A stretch of DNA of 64,000 nucleotides from assembly GCA_963734545.1 (NCBI GenBank), contig CAVTHO010000007.1:64001-128000 (forward strand). Reading direction: 5' to 3'. This stretch comes from an uncultured Spirochaetota bacterium. GTDB taxonomy: Bacteria > Spirochaetota > Spirochaetia > SZUA-6 > Fen-1364. Every line of letters starts with the position of its first letter. Within the stretch, counting starts at the first letter, position 1. The position numbers were made by a program, and so were the translations under genes. The notes under the pieces are model-generated. The model saw only the letters and a program-made list of their open reading frames with translations, was not told the origin of the DNA and ran no database searches. This document shows, piece after piece, positions 61,339 to 64,000 of the stretch.

Positions 61339-63151
61339 CCTGCTGCTCCCTTGCCCGCCATTCCATCGCGCTGCCAAGCGTGATCCGGGCACCCCCTTCC
61401 TCCCCGTTCTCCAGGGAGAATGTGAAGTCCTGGCCATAAAAGAGCGCAAGCCGGGCGCACGTATTGATGAGGCCCATGCCTCCGATTGCCAGTCCCGCGT
61501 GCGTCCCCTGCACCGTTGCCTCGCGCCTGACGGCCGCCATCTTCTCCCGAAGCGCGTCGAGCGTGGCAGGATCGAAGCCCTGGCCGTTGTCGGTGATGAC
61601 GATCTGCCAGCGATCATCCCGCACGAATCCGCACAGAGAGATGCGCATGACCCTCTGCACGTCCTGGTACCCGTGGTTGATCGAGTTCTCCACGATCTGC
61701 TGGAGTACGATCTTGGGCATCGGCTTCTCGCGCACCGAGGGATCGACATCGATGCTGAACTCCAGCCTGTGCTCGAACCGTCTTTTCATCAGGGAGAGAT
61801 ACGTGTTGACATGCTCGATCTCCGCTCCGATCGAGGCGGTCCGGTTGGTGGTGGCGGTCGAATAGCGGAGCATCGCGGCGATGCCGTCACAGATCTCGCA
61901 GATTTCCTCGTCGCCCGCCTCGAGTCCCCTGTTGGAGATCACGGTAAGGACGTTGTAGATGAAATGAGGATTCACCTGGGCCTGCAGGGAATCGAGCATG
62001 GCCTGCATCTGCAGGGATTGGGAGCGGATCTCCCGCCCCACCGCCGCATTCAGTCTCGCCCGGAGCCGCTGGAAAGACATGTTCAAAGCCTCGATCTCGT
62101 CGTTCGCCTCTTCGAATGTCAGTCTCTCGGGCAGGTTTTCCAATCCAGTTTTCTCCATGGTCTGGGTGAGCTGCCGCAGGGGCCGCGTAAGCTGGCGGGA
62201 GGAAAGGTAGTTGTACAGGAGCGACGCCGCGATGATCAGCAGGGAGATCAGGAATGTCATGTTCCTCGTGAACCGAAGCGGGCTGAGAAGGGAGTTCTTG
62301 TCCTGGGCCAGGAGGACCGTGATGCCGGTGTATGCGGATGAGCTTCCGGTCACGAGTTCATCCTGATTCGTGATCGTGTTCCGCGTGAGAGACACGGAGG
62401 CCTTCAGGGACCGGGTAAGGGAAGCGTAGTATGCCACCAGCGAGGGATCCATTGCACGATTCTCGTAGAACACCTCGCCGGTGGCCATCATCGCCAGGAC
62501 GGAGATATCCTCCTTGACGGGCACCGAGAAAAGGCGCTGGAGGTCCGCATAGGGGTTCTGGACCTCGACGTATCCCATTCCGCCTTTTGGACCCTGCACG
62601 GAGCGCACGAGGCCGAACACCTGCATCTCGCCTGCTTGATTCCATGGATCCACGTAACGGGGAAGAATCAGGGCTCTGCCGTGCGCCTCATCCGCGCGCG
62701 CGATCCATGGATAGCCCGGTATCAGCAGATCGACATTCCGGACAGAAGCGTGACTCTTGAAATTGCTGGAAAGAAAATCCCCCTGCCTGTTGAATACGTT
62801 CACGCTGTAAAAGTTCTTGCCGATCGAATAGCTGAGAAGCGTCCCATTGATGGTCTGCCAGCCCTCGTTGATGTAGAGCAGGTTCCGGGGGTCGCTCCTG
62901 TCCAGATTTGCGAGGCTCGCCATTGAGGACATGAAATCCCCGTTGGACAGCAGATAGGTCGTGATGAAGTCCATGGGCCTGATCATGTTGTCCAGCTGCT
63001 GGGACATTTTCTCCGCGATGACCGAAAGACTCGAATAGGCGGTGTTCTCGAACGCCCGCGCCGTGTACGAATAGAAGCTGATGCCCAGGATGACGACGAG
63101 CAGGATGATGAGAACGGAATAGGTCGAGAGAAGACGGGTCTGGAATCTCAT
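61316..63151 (-). CDS. YesM-like sensor histidine kinase
   Basis: Two TM segments, HAMP, LQAQVNPHFIYNVL, LQQIVENSINHG, DNGQG. Confidence 0.93.
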   Translation of the reverse strand: MRFQTRLLSTYSVLIILLVVILGISFYSYTARAFENTAYSSLSVIAEKMSQQLDNMIRPMDFITTYLLSNGDFMSSMASLANLDRSDPRNLLYINEGWQTINGTLLSYSIGKNFYSVNVFNRQGDFLSSNFKSHASVRNVDLLIPGYPWIARADEAHGRALILPRYVDPWNQAGEMQVFGLVRSVQGPKGGMGYVEVQNPYADLQRLFSVPVKEDISVLAMMATGEVFYENRAMDPSLVAYYASLTRSLKASVSLTRNTITNQDELVTGSSSAYTGITVLLAQDKNSLLSPLRFTRNMTFLISLLIIAASLLYNYLSSRQLTRPLRQLTQTMEKTGLENLPERLTFEEANDEIEALNMSFQRLRARLNAAVGREIRSQSLQMQAMLDSLQAQVNPHFIYNVLTVISNRGLEAGDEEICEICDGIAAMLRYSTATTNRTASIGAEIEHVNTYLSLMKRRFEHRLEFSIDVDPSVREKPMPKIVLQQIVENSINHGYQDVQRVMRISLCGFVRDDRWQIVITDNGQGFDPATLDALREKMAAVRREATVQGTHAGLAIGGMGLINTCARLALFYGQDFTFSLENGEEGGARITLGSAMEWRAREQQDAEIAAG

Positions 63152-63244
63152 TCCATCCCTGTTCTATCGCATGGCCTTGCGCCGGACAAGGGTAAAGTCG
63201 GTTGCCGGGCTCGCTGCGAGCTCGTTTTTCTTTGCAGATAGTTG

Positions 63245-63283
63245 TTGACAGATTATTATAACTATGTTAAAATAACGTCGTTA
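63245..63283 (+). promoter_or_regulatory. Sigma70 promoter overlapped by two TAAC-N3-GTTA boxes
   Basis: TTGACA-N17-TAAAAT; TAACTATGTTA at 63259 and TAACGTCGTTA at 63273. Confidence 0.8.
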
Positions 63284-63296
63284 AAAAGGACTGATC

Positions 63297-63890
63297 ATGA
63301 CAAGAGCTGCAAACATCGATCTTCCGAAACGCATCCTGGAAGAAGCCGAGAAGGTCGTCGTCACCTCGGGCTACCAGGGAATCAACATGCGCGACCTGGC
63401 CGGCAGGGTGGGTGTGAGCGCGACAGCCATCTATCACTACTTTTCGAGCAAGGCCGAGCTTCTGCGCGCATTGAGACTCAGGGCCGTTGAGCTGCTCAAC
63501 CGGAGAATACGGGCGATCGGTCAAGATCTGCCCGGCCCCGAGGTCCTGAGCGCCCTCGGCCGCGAATACCTGGATTTTGCCGAAAAAAATCCCAATCTCT
63601 ACAGGCTTGTTTTCGAGGCACCCCTGGATGAAAGCGCGGAGAACGGTGCCGACCACCCGGTCTTTTACTATACGTACCGCGCTGCGCGGGACACGCTGCG
63701 AAAAATGGCGGAAGCGGGGGAGCACCCCGTGGACCCGAGATACGGGGCGATGATGGGCTGGATCATGCTTCACGGATTTTCCTCCCTCATGATGTCGGGA
63801 GTGCTCCCGCCTGCTGAAGGGATGAGCAAAGAGACGCTGCGCGAAGTGTTCATGAGCTTTTACGCGCATGGCGAGAGCGGCGAAGGCTGA
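63297..63890 (+). CDS. TetR/AcrR-family regulator (WHG-like)
   Basis: INMRDLAGRVGVSATAIYHYFSSK; WIMLHGF. Confidence 0.92.
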   Translation: MTRAANIDLPKRILEEAEKVVVTSGYQGINMRDLAGRVGVSATAIYHYFSSKAELLRALRLRAVELLNRRIRAIGQDLPGPEVLSALGREYLDFAEKNPNLYRLVFEAPLDESAENGADHPVFYYTYRAARDTLRKMAEAGEHPVDPRYGAMMGWIMLHGFSSLMMSGVLPPAEGMSKETLREVFMSFYAHGESGEG

Positions 63891-63932
63891 GAAAATGCCT
63901 GCTTGAGCGCAGGCAAATTATTTTATCTTAAT

Positions 63933-63961
63933 TGTAACATAGTTAATATAACTATGTTACA
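63933..63961. promoter_or_regulatory. 29-bp palindromic operator (two TAAC-N3-GTTA boxes)
   Basis: TGTAACATAGTTA-ATA-TAACTATGTTACA just before the SD of the next gene. Confidence 0.8.
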
Positions 63962-63975
63962 GAGGAGGAACCGAA

Positions 63976-64000
63976 ATGAGGATCGTGGTTCTAAATGGAA
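63976..64000 (+). CDS. 5' fragment of a CDS, possibly flavodoxin-family
   Basis: GAGGAGG SD; MRIVVLNG. Only 8 codons are visible. Confidence 0.5.

Noticed and set aside
1-64000. Many long antisense and alternate-frame ORFs in the track (e.g. 33078-34733, 59971-61383)
   Set aside because: These are shadow ORFs expected from high GC3 codon bias; they show no motifs and fully overlap well-supported genes.

Overview
A GC-rich bacterial chromosomal window. It is probably from a free-living Spirochaetia-like organism; this is an inference from the lipoprotein and TPR-protein types and cannot be proved here. No rRNA, tRNA, CRISPR array, transposase or integrase is visible. Metabolic content: two carbohydrate loci (LacI/GH1/ABC/GH13/LacI at 1-9.4 kb; YesMN-like two-component system/ABC/GH78 at 53.7-63.2 kb) and a prpBCD methylcitrate operon. 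Signalling content: two hybrid histidine kinases, a NarL-type two-component system, and a c-di-GMP-rich block (GAF-HD-GYP, siaABCD, a DivK-PleD-like cyclase). About 16 genes-internal single-base frameshifts look like long-read assembly errors. The strongest leads are: (1) a promoter- and terminator-bounded structured ~110-nt RNA at 28.65-28.76 kb; (2) a GH5 with its acid/base Glu and two conserved His replaced, fused to transglutaminase-like and TPR domains; (3) a SiaD with a duplicated N-terminal helix flanking a Cys4 domain; (4) two tandem lipoproteins whose matching terminal beta-strands suggest type-V-pilus-like donor-strand assembly; (5) a 22-nt hairpin repeat family (AAT-stem-NNTA-stem-CGC) found both between genes and in frame inside proteins; (6) repeated leaderless gene starts.
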